Source: Alphaproteobacteria bacterium
GTDB lineage: Bacteria; Pseudomonadota; Alphaproteobacteria; Paracaedibacterales; CAITNM01
Assembly (NCBI GenBank): GCA_947478955.1
Contig: CANJXJ010000002.1
Coordinates: forward strand, 1,926 to 65,925
Direction: 5' to 3'
DNA: 64,000 nt
The position numbers and the translations under genes were made by a program. This document shows positions 19,014-26,740 of the stretch, one piece after another. The notes beneath the pieces were generated by a model. It was not told the DNA's origin and made no database searches. It saw nothing but the letters and a program-made list of their open reading frames with translations. The number at the start of each line of letters is the position of its first letter. The first letter of the stretch is position 1.

Positions 19014-19168
19014 CTTATTGCAGTTAATCCTGCAGAATTGCTGAATGTTGTATCCAGCTTGTTGTGAGCTGTTAATATATGCTTTCCTTGTATTTCTTCA
19101 TGCTGCATCTTGTACGCTACAACTGATAAAAGAGTTGAGATACCTAGAATAGCCATAAATTGCAGCAT
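18995..19168 (-). CDS. Possible 57-aa small membrane protein (below the ORF-track size cutoff)
   Basis: The ATG at 19168 is preceded by GAGGA (aacGAGGAtttcATG). The translation is MLQFMAILGISTLLSVVAYKMQHEEIQGKHILTAHNKLDTTFSNSAGLTAISYLRTN, with one N-terminal hydrophobic helix. Its 3' end overlaps the convergent upstream gene by 19 nt. Confidence 0.25.
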   Translation of the reverse strand: MLQFMAILGISTLLSVVAYKMQHEEIQGKHILTAHNKLDTTFSNSAGLTAISYLRTN

Positions 19169-19311
19169 GAAATCCTCGTTGGTTGTTTTGTCTATAACTC
19201 AACTGTGCCATGTAAATTATTAATGGATAGTTAACCGATATTCACTTATAAAGTGATATTGGTAAGAAAGTTTTTTGGTGGTTTTTCAGGCTTCGCAATG
19301 GACCAAATATC

Positions 19312-19857
19312 TTACTTGCGGCGAAATGTGTCCAAGGTCACAACGTTTGAGCCATCCTTAGAATCTTCAGCTTTTTTGTCAGACTTTTTATCTGCAACAG
19401 CCTTATCACCTATGATGGTTTTGCCAATAACTTCGGGAGTTTCTTCAAGCAGTGGACTAAATTGCAGGCCAAATTTTACAGAAGGATCCACAAAGCTTAA
19501 TAGTGCTCCATAAGGTACATACAGCTTTTCATGGGCATCATCAAAGCATAAGGTAACTGTAAAGCCATTTTCATCGGCGCCTAGATCCCAAAATTCGTAC
19601 TGCAAAACAATAGTGACTTCATCACCGTATTGATCACGCAGATAATCAGGAATTTCAACGCCAGGATGTTCTGTTGCAAAGGTAATATAATAGTGATGAT
19701 TGCCGGGTAAACCATTTTTTACAGTGTAGGATATGGTTTTGTAAACAACATCACGCAAGGCTGTTTGTACCATTGCCTCGTAATCTAATGGGTCTTTTGC
19801 CACGGTAATGCTCTCCTTAAATTCCACTTTATAATAGCGGGGGATATTCTGTTGCAA
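19312..19857 (-). CDS. sspB: ClpXP adaptor SspB (stringent starvation protein B)
   Basis: The pattern ALRDVVYKT...GLPGNHHYYITFATEHPGVEIPDYLRDQYGDEVTIVLQYEFWDL...FVDPSVKFGLQF is typical of SspB. There is an acidic/basic C-terminal tail. The start codon is TTG. Confidence 0.85.
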   Translation of the reverse strand: MQQNIPRYYKVEFKESITVAKDPLDYEAMVQTALRDVVYKTISYTVKNGLPGNHHYYITFATEHPGVEIPDYLRDQYGDEVTIVLQYEFWDLGADENGFTVTLCFDDAHEKLYVPYGALLSFVDPSVKFGLQFSPLLEETPEVIGKTIIGDKAVADKKSDKKAEDSKDGSNVVTLDTFRRK

Positions 19858-19861
19858 GGCT

Positions 19862-20200
19862 ACCCCCCAAGCCCCTAAGAGGCTACCGCTTCAACAAACA
19901 GAGTTTGTTTTAGGCAGCAGCTGCAACAACAACCATAGGGTTATTGCTGTTATGAGCAGTAGGAACGAAGAAATTGCTATTCGCAGTTTCTTTTGTTGCT
20001 ACAACTTCATCCTCTTTACGAGTGATCATATATCTGACACTTGTAAAAGTTAGTCCGATAACGACGGTACCATGCCGAGCGAAAGATCCATCTTTACCAC
20101 GCGTGTCGATCCTATGTCGCCCCCATAAAAATGGTGGAGGCGCCGGGTACCGCCCCCGGGTCCACTACGCCTATTCCATAAACCGTTTATCGCTATAGAT
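19862..20200 (-). ncRNA. ssrA: tmRNA (ssrA), circularly permuted two-piece type; outer boundaries are approximate
   Basis: The minus strand reads ...GGACCCGGGGGCGGTACCCGGCGCCTCCACCA (T arm, 3' acceptor strand and CCA, ending at 20132). Then comes TTTTTAT, then GGGGGCGACATAGGATCGACACGCG (5' acceptor strand starting at 20124). GGGGGCG pairs with CGCCUCC and includes a G3:U pair. The tag ORF ends ...AAC CCT ATG GTT GTT GTT GCA GCT GCT GCC TAA (stop at 19910-19912). Confidence 0.8.
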
Positions 20201-20256
20201 GCAAGCATCAGTTTAAATATAGTAGCTTCTGGGAATATTTCAAGGTTTTGATTGCA

Positions 20257-20646
20257 TTACTTTTTGATAAGCTGGTGAGCTGTCACTGAACTTAGCAATA
20301 TATTGCCGTAGTAATGAGGATATTCCTCACCACCGGGACGGTTTGCCTCAATTTTTAAGAAGTCAGGCCTTAAGGTACCACCGTCAATTTCTAACAAGTA
20401 GCATTCATCACCATTAAAGAATTTTTGCCAAATTTGTTTCCATTGATGATGAAAACTCAAATGAATAAATCCATCTTGCTGATCAAGTTCAGAACCTAAA
20501 AAGACTCTTTCTTTTTCGAAACACTGCCATTGGATTGGCGTTAGAATTTTGAAAAATCTATTTTCCATATGTTTATTCTCTTTAAATGTAGTGCTGCACG
20601 CATTTAATAGAATACCAATCAGAAAAATTAAAAATTTCTGTTTCAT
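20257..20646 (-). CDS. DUF952-family protein, with a possible lipoprotein-type N-terminal extension
   Basis: The DUF952 pattern is FFKILTPIQW...DGFIHLSFHHQ...YLLEID...PGGEEYPHYYGNI. The full ORF adds MKQKFLIFLIGILLNAC at the N-terminus. An alternative start is the ATG at 20568 (MENRFF). Confidence 0.7.
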   Translation of the reverse strand: MKQKFLIFLIGILLNACSTTFKENKHMENRFFKILTPIQWQCFEKERVFLGSELDQQDGFIHLSFHHQWKQIWQKFFNGDECYLLEIDGGTLRPDFLKIEANRPGGEEYPHYYGNILLSSVTAHQLIKK

Positions 20647-20812
20647 GGTATTCTACTTTAAATATTTCCAATTTGTTAATGCTAGCCTATGAAGCTTTAT
20701 AGGGCTAGGGGCATTATTTTAGAAAAATACTGCTTGAATGTTGAAGCATATCTACTGCATATGCATTATGCTAACCCAGGTTATCTAATATAATAACCTG
20801 GGGGAGCATGTT

Positions 20813-22099
20813 TTAAAAACGCCACTCAGCTTTGAAGCCAAAGTTATGTTTTGTTCGATAACGTTTAAGGGTTAAGATGTAGCTTGCTAATAATTTTAGC
20901 TGGTTGTATTGCATCGAGCCATAAACAGTAAAGTAATGTGAAATTTTTCCTGGATTGGGGCTTGTGCTTTTACTTTCCATGCCAGTGCTTATCATTTTCT
21001 GGCGAACCTGAGGTGACTTCGAGATAACTTCATTACCTATTTCATAAACTCCTGTCAGTTTATAGACAAATTGATCTTTCTGACCTTCACCTTTCCATTT
21101 ATGGCGAAACCCTATCCCTCCATATACTTCACATGTTTTTGAGTTACTTTCATAATAGTGATTGCTTTGATAGCTTCCGCCTGTTTCATCGTATGCTTTA
21201 ATTTTGTCAAGAGACATAGAAAGGCCTAAATTTGGCCTTACGGATAACCCTTGTATAAGCTTCATTCGGTAAGATGTTTCCGCATTGTAATGGAATGCTG
21301 CTGATTTTTTTTTACCGTTTGTAACGTCGCCCGCTGTCGTGAGACGGTCAATATTTTGCACACTCGGCTTGTACTGGGCAACAAGGTCATATCGAAAACC
21401 ATTTTTCAAAGATAAAGAATGATATAGGCTCATAAATTTGTGAGCTTGTTTAGTTTTATTACGTTTATCATTATCCATCTGGATTGCACCTGTACTTGAG
21501 CCTACGTATGCGCCAAGGACCCAGCCTTCCGTTTCTGATGCAACCTGTGCTCCTAACAAAACACCAATATTTTGATCTGCTAATCCAGAAACGTCTCCTA
21601 TCTTTTTAGTTTTTCCCGTAATATAAAATGCTTCCATCCAAATACGTGTCTGCTCATTAACAACCTCAACTGGCCCATCCTCGCTAAGTTTTTGTGCTAG
21701 ATTTTGCAGTTCATTTTGTTTAGGAGCTTCCTTTGTATTTGTAAGTTTGTTATGTACTTTTAAAGGAGAAGCTACCAATCCCTTATATCGATTTTCTACC
21801 ATACGTGCCAATTGCAATAGCCTAGATCTCAACGAATCTGAGGGCCCTCTGGATGTAAAATCAGATGATTCTTTTGCATTTAAATTCGCGTTATTATTTG
21901 CTAGAGGCATAATGATCTCATTAGGGGTGCCACCTGATGGGTCACCTGGTATATCAGGTGCTTCATCATCCTCCACTGGAACAAACTGCGCCCCCCCAGC
22001 TGGATTTCCTGGTGCTGGTATAAAGGCCCCTGGTGCAGCAGCAAATATATTTGAATGGTATAGCCATAAGCACAAGGCTCCATAAGTTAGTAAACGCAT
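20813..22099 (-). CDS. Outer-membrane autotransporter-type beta-barrel protein with a short P/G-rich passenger
   Basis: I chose the start at 22099 because it gives the leader MRLLTYGALCLWLYHSNIFAAA. The C-terminal ~280 aa have alternating beta-strand character and end FGFKAEWRF, with a terminal aromatic residue. Confidence 0.7.
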   Translation of the reverse strand: MRLLTYGALCLWLYHSNIFAAAPGAFIPAPGNPAGGAQFVPVEDDEAPDIPGDPSGGTPNEIIMPLANNNANLNAKESSDFTSRGPSDSLRSRLLQLARMVENRYKGLVASPLKVHNKLTNTKEAPKQNELQNLAQKLSEDGPVEVVNEQTRIWMEAFYITGKTKKIGDVSGLADQNIGVLLGAQVASETEGWVLGAYVGSSTGAIQMDNDKRNKTKQAHKFMSLYHSLSLKNGFRYDLVAQYKPSVQNIDRLTTAGDVTNGKKKSAAFHYNAETSYRMKLIQGLSVRPNLGLSMSLDKIKAYDETGGSYQSNHYYESNSKTCEVYGGIGFRHKWKGEGQKDQFVYKLTGVYEIGNEVISKSPQVRQKMISTGMESKSTSPNPGKISHYFTVYGSMQYNQLKLLASYILTLKRYRTKHNFGFKAEWRF

Positions 22100-22438
22100 A
22101 AAAACTCCTTCTTTTATGTTGTGCTCAAAGATTTTAAAAAACTTCAAACTCACACATTTATTTCCCCCTATGTGTTTCCAGTGCGATACTAGAAAATAAT
22201 TTATTAAAATATGATTAAAGGGCGACATAAAAAATAAGTATTTTTATGAAAAATTATTGAAATGGCTCTGAATAAGGCTAAGGCGATGGTTGTGATTATT
22301 GTTAAAATTATGAAAAAACTAATAAAAAGCTATATTAATTAATTTTTAAGATTTATATGGATATATTCCAAACATAAAATTGATATGAAGGATTTTTTTG
22401 TGAGATTAAAAACTCAACTCAAGCTACTGCTAGTGAAC

Positions 22439-23419
22439 TTAATCATTAATTTGCGAAAGTTGATATCCTGTTTTGTTTAAGGAATTTAAAAGTTTTTCAG
22501 CGTTTAAGTATTGTAGATTCTCACTTAAATTTGCTGATTCATTAACCATTGCTATTGGAACCTCTGATGTCCATGCCAAGCGTATAGGCAAACTCCAAGA
22601 ACCCGCTACATCTATTTTGCTTAAAATAATATGACGCACGCCAAACTTCTTAATAAATTTTGCGTAATCGGGTGCTAAGCTTACGCAACCATCGCAAGGC
22701 ACAATCAGAACGGGATCAAAAACAAATTTTTGCGCATAGGAAATTAGCCAATTTAAATCCTCTGAATTTCTGAAATTCACACCAGGCGTGTCAATCAACT
22801 TTACTGCTTCCGATTGAGTTTTAATGCTTTCTTGAAGCGTGCCCCATGCTTCTTTTCCAAAGTAATAGGGCACATCAAGTTTGTGGGCATAGGCCTGCAG
22901 TAACCCTTGGCCAGACGTTTTTAAAGTATCAAGATTGTAAATTTCAACAGCACGATCGCTTGCCTTTAAAAGGGCCGCAACCTTTGCCAGAATCTGCGTT
23001 TTTCCTACTCCAAAAGATCCTAAAAAAACTACCGGTTTTAAACTGAGAATTTTTCGTATCCATTGAGGCTCAAAATTTAAACATTCCGATAAAGACTCGG
23101 CAATATCGATACCTGTAAGGGTTAGGTATGGGGACAAGCACTTCAACCAAAAGTCTTTAAAATCTGTCCCTAGATAGTGTTCTTGGCAAATTTCTTCAAC
23201 TAATCTAATGGCGGATAACGGATTATCTATACGGTTTTTTGTCGTATTCCTAAGGGATGGAACCAAAATAGGTTCTTCCCCATCAAAAAGAGTTACAGTA
23301 ATTCGTATTTGATTATTAATTTCTTCTGTACGTTCGATGACAACATCTTCACCAAAGCGCCTTTTGACTTCTTGCAGAGCCTCATTTAGTGTGGGGGCGG
23401 TAATTGTAATTTTTTGCAT
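22439..23419 (-). CDS. flhF: Flagellar biosynthesis GTPase FlhF (SRP-type), short form
   Basis: G1 is GSFGVGKT, G3 is IDTPG, and the G4-like motif is LSKIDV. The N-terminus MQKITITAPTLNEALQEVKRRFGEDVVI is typical of FlhF. Confidence 0.8.
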   Translation of the reverse strand: MQKITITAPTLNEALQEVKRRFGEDVVIERTEEINNQIRITVTLFDGEEPILVPSLRNTTKNRIDNPLSAIRLVEEICQEHYLGTDFKDFWLKCLSPYLTLTGIDIAESLSECLNFEPQWIRKILSLKPVVFLGSFGVGKTQILAKVAALLKASDRAVEIYNLDTLKTSGQGLLQAYAHKLDVPYYFGKEAWGTLQESIKTQSEAVKLIDTPGVNFRNSEDLNWLISYAQKFVFDPVLIVPCDGCVSLAPDYAKFIKKFGVRHIILSKIDVAGSWSLPIRLAWTSEVPIAMVNESANLSENLQYLNAEKLLNSLNKTGYQLSQIND

Positions 23420-23484
23420 ATATAAACCAAATTTTTAACGATTGTGAGTTACCATAGTATTAGTTTTAGTGTAAGAGTTATCGT

Positions 23485-23847
23485 ATGAGTTTTACAATAC
23501 GCTTGATAATTTGGTTTAAGGGTCGATTTGTGGGGTGCGATGACTACAATAATCGCTACTACGAAGAGAAATCAAATAGCGCCTCAAGCGGAGCACACCC
23601 CAGGCGGTGGGTTATATACAACGGTAACCATGAAGCAAGTAAAGTCCCGCCCGAATGGCATGCTTGGTTACATTACCGGGCTGATCGCCCCCTCCAAGGG
23701 CAAGAACATGCATGGCAAAAACCTTATCAGCCTAATTTAACAGGTACATCAAAAGCCTATAAACCAGACACTATAGAAGGTGGTAAAGTCATCAGGTTAA
23801 CTACAAAAATGAAGCGTCCTTACGAGCCTTGGAAACCAAATGGATGA
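23485..23847 (+). CDS. NDUFA12-family protein (NADH:ubiquinone oxidoreductase 17.2-kDa subunit homologue)
   Basis: The pattern is GRFVGCDDYNNRYYEEK...RRWVIYNG...EASKVPPEWHAWLHY. Confidence 0.85.
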   Translation: MSFTIRLIIWFKGRFVGCDDYNNRYYEEKSNSASSGAHPRRWVIYNGNHEASKVPPEWHAWLHYRADRPLQGQEHAWQKPYQPNLTGTSKAYKPDTIEGGKVIRLTTKMKRPYEPWKPNG

Positions 23848-24802
23848 AAAATATTACGAAGTAGTGGTAGATGAGTATCACCATGATTTTCGTCTAGATA
23901 AGTTTTTAAGCCTTAGTACTCCTCTTAGTAGAACGCGTATCCAAGATTTACTGAAAAACGCCTCGATTACTGTTGAACCTGTAAAGCCCTTTGATGCGAA
24001 TACCAAGGTTAAAAGGGGTGAGTGTTACTTGGTACGCATACCCGAGGCGCTTGAAGCAATACCTAAGCCGCAAAATATTCCCTTAAATATTTTGTTTGAA
24101 GATGACCATCTTTTAGTGTTGAACAAGCCCGCTAATTTTGTTGTGCATCCTGCACCTGGTCATCATGATGGCACGTTAGTGAATGCTTTATTGCACCATT
24201 GTGGTGATAGTTTATCTGGTATTGGTGGGGTAAAACGGCCAGGGATTATTCATCGCTTAGATAAGGATACTAGCGGCATTTTGGTGGTCGCTAAAACTGA
24301 TGCAGCTCACCAAGGATTGTCACAGCAATTTCATGACCGAGAAGAACAATTAACAAAAATTTATTGGGCCATTGTCTGGGGCCGACCTTATCCAACCTCT
24401 GGAACAGTTGATGGACCGATTGGAAGACATCCAAAAGATCGGCAGAAAATGGCGATAATTCCAGGGGGGAAATCTGCTCAAACTGGTTATAAAATCTTAA
24501 AAAGTTTCGCTTCATCAAAAGATCCACAAAGTCATATTAGTTTAATAGAGTGTAGATTATACACTGGCCGCACCCATCAAATCCGTGTCCACTTGCAACA
24601 CCTTGGCATACCTATTGTTGGAGACGACTCTTATGGGAAAAAACCAAAGAAAGACCTATGGCCAAATGCTGTCTATACTTTTCCACGCCAGGCCTTGCAT
24701 GCATACTCGTTAGCGTTTATGCACCCAATAACTCAACAACAACTATTATTTCAAGCGCCTCTAGCAGAAGATATGCAGCAATTACTCAATGCTTTTGTAT
24801 AA
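23840..24802 (+). CDS. rluD: RluA-family 23S rRNA pseudouridine synthase (RluD-like)
   Basis: It has an S4-like N-terminus (RLDKFL). LVLNKPANFVVHP and the catalytic HRLDKDTSGILVVAK are present, as is GRTHQIRVH. Confidence 0.9.
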   Translation: MDEKYYEVVVDEYHHDFRLDKFLSLSTPLSRTRIQDLLKNASITVEPVKPFDANTKVKRGECYLVRIPEALEAIPKPQNIPLNILFEDDHLLVLNKPANFVVHPAPGHHDGTLVNALLHHCGDSLSGIGGVKRPGIIHRLDKDTSGILVVAKTDAAHQGLSQQFHDREEQLTKIYWAIVWGRPYPTSGTVDGPIGRHPKDRQKMAIIPGGKSAQTGYKILKSFASSKDPQSHISLIECRLYTGRTHQIRVHLQHLGIPIVGDDSYGKKPKKDLWPNAVYTFPRQALHAYSLAFMHPITQQQLLFQAPLAEDMQQLLNAFV

Positions 24803-24880
24803 TTCATTTTAATATATATTAACTATATATTTACATTTTTATTGTATATTAATTTTATAAATTAAAAATTTAATGCTTCA

Positions 24881-25615
24881 ATGAAAATACTAAGCATCAT
24901 AATTTTAAGTATCTTTTGTATAAATTCTTCCATGCTCGAGGCAAGAAAGAACCCCTTTAAAAGCATGGGTAGGGGCTTTAAAAAAATGGGCAGAGGCATA
25001 GGTGGCGTTGCAAAGAAGGGTGTTAATGGGGTTAAGAAAGGAATGCATAGTAAAGCATTTGGTGTTATCTCAAAAATAGGTGGTACTGCTCTTAGCTTCA
25101 CGCCTGCAGGAAATGCGATAAAAGCTGCAAAACTTGCAAGAGCGGGCGTAAAACTGGCACAGGCAGCAAAAAAAACTAAAGCATTACACCAAAGAGCAAC
25201 AGCTGCAGAACACCAAGCCCGTGCTATTCGTGACCAAGCAAACCAAGCAATTCAGATGGGACATGGCAGTGCAGCCTTTTTACATCACCATGCACTTGCT
25301 GCTGAAGCGCAAGCTACAGCTATGCGTGACCATGCAACCAAAGCAATGGTCACCCATCACAAGGCCGTGATGAACCATCATAACATAATGTTGAGTCATC
25401 ATGCAGACTTCATAGATGCCACCAGCGAAGATTCGAACCAAGATATGGGCGATGAAGATAGTGGTTTAGACATGGATGATAGTGAAAATATGAATGAGAT
25501 GTCTGATGATATGAGCATGGATGGTGACGAAATGTCGGATGATGGAATGTCAGATGATATGGGCAGTGATGATGATGGAATGTCAGATGATATGGGCGGT
25601 GATGATACCTATTAA
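24881..25615 (+). CDS. Hypothetical exported block-charged protein with basic K/G-rich, His/Met-rich and Met/Asp-rich acidic segments
   Basis: The leader is MKILSIIILSIFCINSSMLEA. It is followed by KKMGRGIGGVAKKGVNGVKKG, then LHHHALAAEAQATAMRDHATKAMVTHHKAVMNHHNIMLSHH, and then MDDSENMNEMSDDMSMDGDEMSDDGMSDDMGSDDDGMSDDMGGDD. Confidence 0.6.
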   Translation: MKILSIIILSIFCINSSMLEARKNPFKSMGRGFKKMGRGIGGVAKKGVNGVKKGMHSKAFGVISKIGGTALSFTPAGNAIKAAKLARAGVKLAQAAKKTKALHQRATAAEHQARAIRDQANQAIQMGHGSAAFLHHHALAAEAQATAMRDHATKAMVTHHKAVMNHHNIMLSHHADFIDATSEDSNQDMGDEDSGLDMDDSENMNEMSDDMSMDGDEMSDDGMSDDMGSDDDGMSDDMGGDDTY

Positions 25616-25717
25616 CCCCTTTTAAAAAGCTGCTTCCTAAAAGACGGTAGCTTTAAAGGTGTATTGCATTAATTCCCTGCTCATGAGAATGAGAGGTGGT
25701 GCTTAGATAAATTGGCT

Positions 25718-26614
25718 TTATTTTTTGATTTTTTTCTCTAGCTCTACCTTCATAAACTCATATAATGCACGAATGCGCCCCAAAGCATCTAATGAACTAG
25801 GATAAGTAAAATACATCGTCATGGTTGGTGTTTGTATATCAGTGAATAGCTCAATCAAATCATCATGATCGGAAGCGATAAAATCAGCTAAAATTGCGAT
25901 ACCAATACCTGCCTTAACGGCCTGAAGCATTCCATAAGCGTTATTAATTGATAAATAGGGTGCTCTCAATACCCCTGGTTTTGCTCCAAACCTGAGCAAC
26001 CAACTGACATTCGCTGCTGGTGCAGTTCCTGCTTCCCCAAATGCGACCAAGCGATGCTGATCAAGTTCTTCTGGTGTTTTAGGAATACCATGGGCTTGGA
26101 TATACTCTTTGCTAGCATAAACGCCCATACGAATCGTTGCTAACTCTTTTTGAATCACATCATCGGTAGACAAGGCGCCATGGTAGTTAATGGAAACATC
26201 TGCTTCACGCATTGTAAAATCAACATCTTCATCCGTCAGTTGAATATTTAGCCGCAACTTTGGATAGGTTTGCATAAACTTTTTTAGTCTTGATGCTAAC
26301 CATACAGATCCAATACCGACGGTTGTTGCTACTCTTAAACCTCCGGATAAGCCATCGCGTGATTCACTAATAATGGTACCAATTGCATTAACATGTGAAA
26401 AAATAATACGGGTAATTTTGAAAAGATGTTCACCTTGTTCAGTTAGAACTAATCCCCTTGCGTGGCGGTTAAATAAACTAACGCCAATGCTACTTTCCAG
26501 ACTGCTAATTTGTCGACTTACTGCGGATTGACTAACATTCAAAGCGTGCCCGGCGTCAGTTAGGCTTCCTGCTTGAGCAACGATATGGAAAATTCTTAAC
26601 CTATCCCAATCCAC
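25718..26614 (-). CDS. LysR-family transcriptional regulator
   Basis: The N-terminal wHTH is LRIFHIVAQAGSLTDAGHALNVSQSAVSRQISSLE, followed by a LysR substrate-binding domain. Confidence 0.92.
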   Translation of the reverse strand: MDWDRLRIFHIVAQAGSLTDAGHALNVSQSAVSRQISSLESSIGVSLFNRHARGLVLTEQGEHLFKITRIIFSHVNAIGTIISESRDGLSGGLRVATTVGIGSVWLASRLKKFMQTYPKLRLNIQLTDEDVDFTMREADVSINYHGALSTDDVIQKELATIRMGVYASKEYIQAHGIPKTPEELDQHRLVAFGEAGTAPAANVSWLLRFGAKPGVLRAPYLSINNAYGMLQAVKAGIGIAILADFIASDHDDLIELFTDIQTPTMTMYFTYPSSLDALGRIRALYEFMKVELEKKIKK

Positions 26615-26740
26615 GGCATGTCCTTATATTGAATCTGATATGCGCGTAATATCGCAGAGATTTCAGATGTTATCAAGGTTTTAAAATTGCAATAATGGCA
26701 GTTTGTATAGTGTTTTTATAGATGAGTTTATTATGAATTA

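Noticed and set aside
19253-20198. ORF-track entries 19253-19513 (+) and 19974-20198 (+)
   Set aside because: The first is antisense to the well-supported sspB. The second is antisense to the tmRNA gene and contains the complement of the tRNA-like domain.
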